Shown here: one piece after another, positions 47,791 to 49,749 of the stretch | Position numbering within the stretch: position 1 is the stretch's first letter | Layout: each line of letters opens with the position of its first letter | Source: Octopus sinensis | Lineage: Eukaryota | DNA length: 49,749 bases | Assembly (NCBI RefSeq): GCF_006345805.1 | Contig: NW_021834326.1 | Location: 1-49,749, forward strand | Direction: 5' to 3' | Program-made: the position numbers and the translations under genes | Notes under the pieces: model-generated | The model's database searches: none | What the model was told of the DNA's origin: nothing | What the model saw: the letters and a program-made list of their open reading frames with translations, nothing else

Positions 47791-48039
47791 GTAGCAGCAA
47801 CAACAGCAAACGAAGAAAGCTCCCATGAATTGGGTTCCACATGCAAGAAGCAGTGGCCAGTTCACCCTCAAACGAATGTCTTGTGTCTTTTCACAGAGGA
47901 TAGAGACATTGAATAGGATGTTTCTGTATTTCTTGCTCTACAAAATGACAGGATTGCCATGGACTGAGAACTTTTATTCATAAGTTTCCCATTTCAGATA
48001 CGATCAGGAGCCAAGCAATAATAATATCACTGTTACCTT

Positions 48040-48722
48040 TGCATCATCGTCATCATCATTATCATCGTCTCGTCGTCGTCGTCATCACCACCATCATCAT
48101 CATTATCTTCAACTCCTACCAACAGATCCATCAACACATGCACCAGTACTACTGCCAAGAAGACCACCAACGGCAGCAGCAACACAGCTACTGTTCCAAC
48201 ATCACCAACTACACTAGTATTGCCAGCAACACCAAAATCACCTCCAGCAGCAGCAGCAGTACTATCATCACAAGCAGCAGCAGCACTACTACTACCACCA
48301 CCACCTCCACCACCACCATCACTACCAATTCTACCACCACCATCATTATCATCATCTTCGTCATTATCATCATCTTCTTCACCACCAACACCACCACCAC
48401 TACACCAAACACCAACCACCACAACAACCCAACACCATTCATCATCATCATCATCATCATTTTCCCATTATCATATCTTCTTCACCACCAACATCCCACC
48501 ACTACCACCAACACCACCACCACCAACACAACACCATCACATCATCATCATCATCATTATCATCATCTTCTTCACCACCAACATCACCACCACTACCACC
48601 AACACCACCACCACCAACAACAACACCATCATCATCATCATCATCATCATCATTATCATCATCTTCTTCACCACCAACATCACCACCACTACCACCAACA
48701 CCACCACCACCAACAACAACAC

Positions 48723-48773
<51 letters not shown>

Positions 48774-48800
48774 ACATCATCATCATCAATACCACTATCA
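48040..48800. repeat. Degenerate (CAT/CAC/CAA) array with three ~90-bp higher-order units
   Basis: catcttcttcaccaccaacatc recurs at ~48476, ~48563 and ~48660. Confidence 0.85.
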
Positions 48801-49299
48801 GTACCAAGACCATATTTTCGAATGGGAGCAGCTATTTCGCCATTTGCCCATTCACTCATCATCGTTTCATGTGACACCGAGGTATGTGGCGCTGGTGGTG
48901 GTGGTGTAAGCGATACTGGATCTGGTGTACACAAACACACACACTTGTACTGTATATATATGATATATATATATGTATATATATATATATATGTGTGTGT
49001 GTGTGAAAAGGGGGCGCCTGTCTCCAAAACTTTAAAGTTGAGTAACGTCTTCATGCTTGGATTTGTAAACTGCAATAACACTGGTCCGCAAAGAATTTGT
49101 CTCAAGAAAAAGAATATTTGTATCATATATTTTTGCATGCAGAATTCAAAGATAATGTCAAATTATCTGTATCACCCAAAGTTTCTCTGTTCCACGATAT
49201 CCCTCTTAGATCCTGTTACGTGGGCCAAATTTCAGTTAAGCTGTTGAAATGTGAAGCTAACGGTTTAAGAAATACTCCTCATTTAAATGTTTATGTATA

Positions 49300-49626
49300 G
49301 AGATACACTCCGTCGGTTATGACGACGAGAGTCCCAGCTGATACGATCAACGGAACAGCTTGCTCGTGAAATTAACGTGCAAGTGACTGAACAATCCACA
49401 GGCACGTGTGCCTCTAACGTAATTTTCAGGGAGATTCAGTGTGACACTGAATTTGACAAGGCTGACCCTTTGAAATACCGGTACAACTCATTTTTGCCAG
49501 CTGAGTGGACTGGAGCAACGTGAAATAAAGTGGCTTGCACAAGGACACAACGTGTCGCCGGGAATTGAACCCATGAACTTATAATAGAGAGTCGAATGCC
49601 CTAACCACTAAGCCATGCGCCTTCAC
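49300..49626 (-). mobile_element. SINE family C variant with a third 3' tail
   Basis: Head and body (ctcatttttgccagctgagtggactggagcaacgtgaaat..aagtg) shared with 14995-15144; distal part unrelated. Confidence 0.8.
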
Positions 49627-49749
49627 ATTTATGTATAAAATAAACCTAGTGAAATCATAAATCCAGCTATCTGAGTCAATGAGTCGCTGAAGCTTGGCAA
49701 TACTGAGTCGGATGCTTTGTCAATACTGTGCTTGAAATGTAGGTGTGCA

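Overview
Eukaryotic, largely non-coding DNA packed with microsatellites. The density of simple repeats and the tRNA-derived SINE types suggest a cephalopod (Octopus-like) genome, which is an inference. The only substantial coding unit is a near full-length L1/Tx1-clade non-LTR retrotransposon (~23917-29990, + strand). Its ORF1 carries a CCHC knuckle and its ORF2 has APE endonuclease, RT and a C-terminal zinc finger, broken only by single-base frameshifts. It sits inside a (TATC)n array, and two 5'-truncated relatives (10007-10176, 18291-18500) also have (TATC)n on both sides and end at the same nucleotide, pointing to a microsatellite-targeting family. The window also holds an R4/Dong-like 3' end and an unclassified element inside (AAT)n arrays, several element ends abutting (TA)n, and two decayed mariners (one with a nested MITE). 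There are hAT, RTE and CR1/L2-like fragments, three SINE families, a 150-bp tandem repeat and several long hairpins. Two hammerhead-ribozyme candidates stand out: a minimal type I motif at 2703-2792 and an apparently non-circularly permuted motif at 30853-30914 (- strand). No host gene could be identified; a few low-confidence exon candidates are listed. Nearly all ORFs in the track are microsatellite translations.
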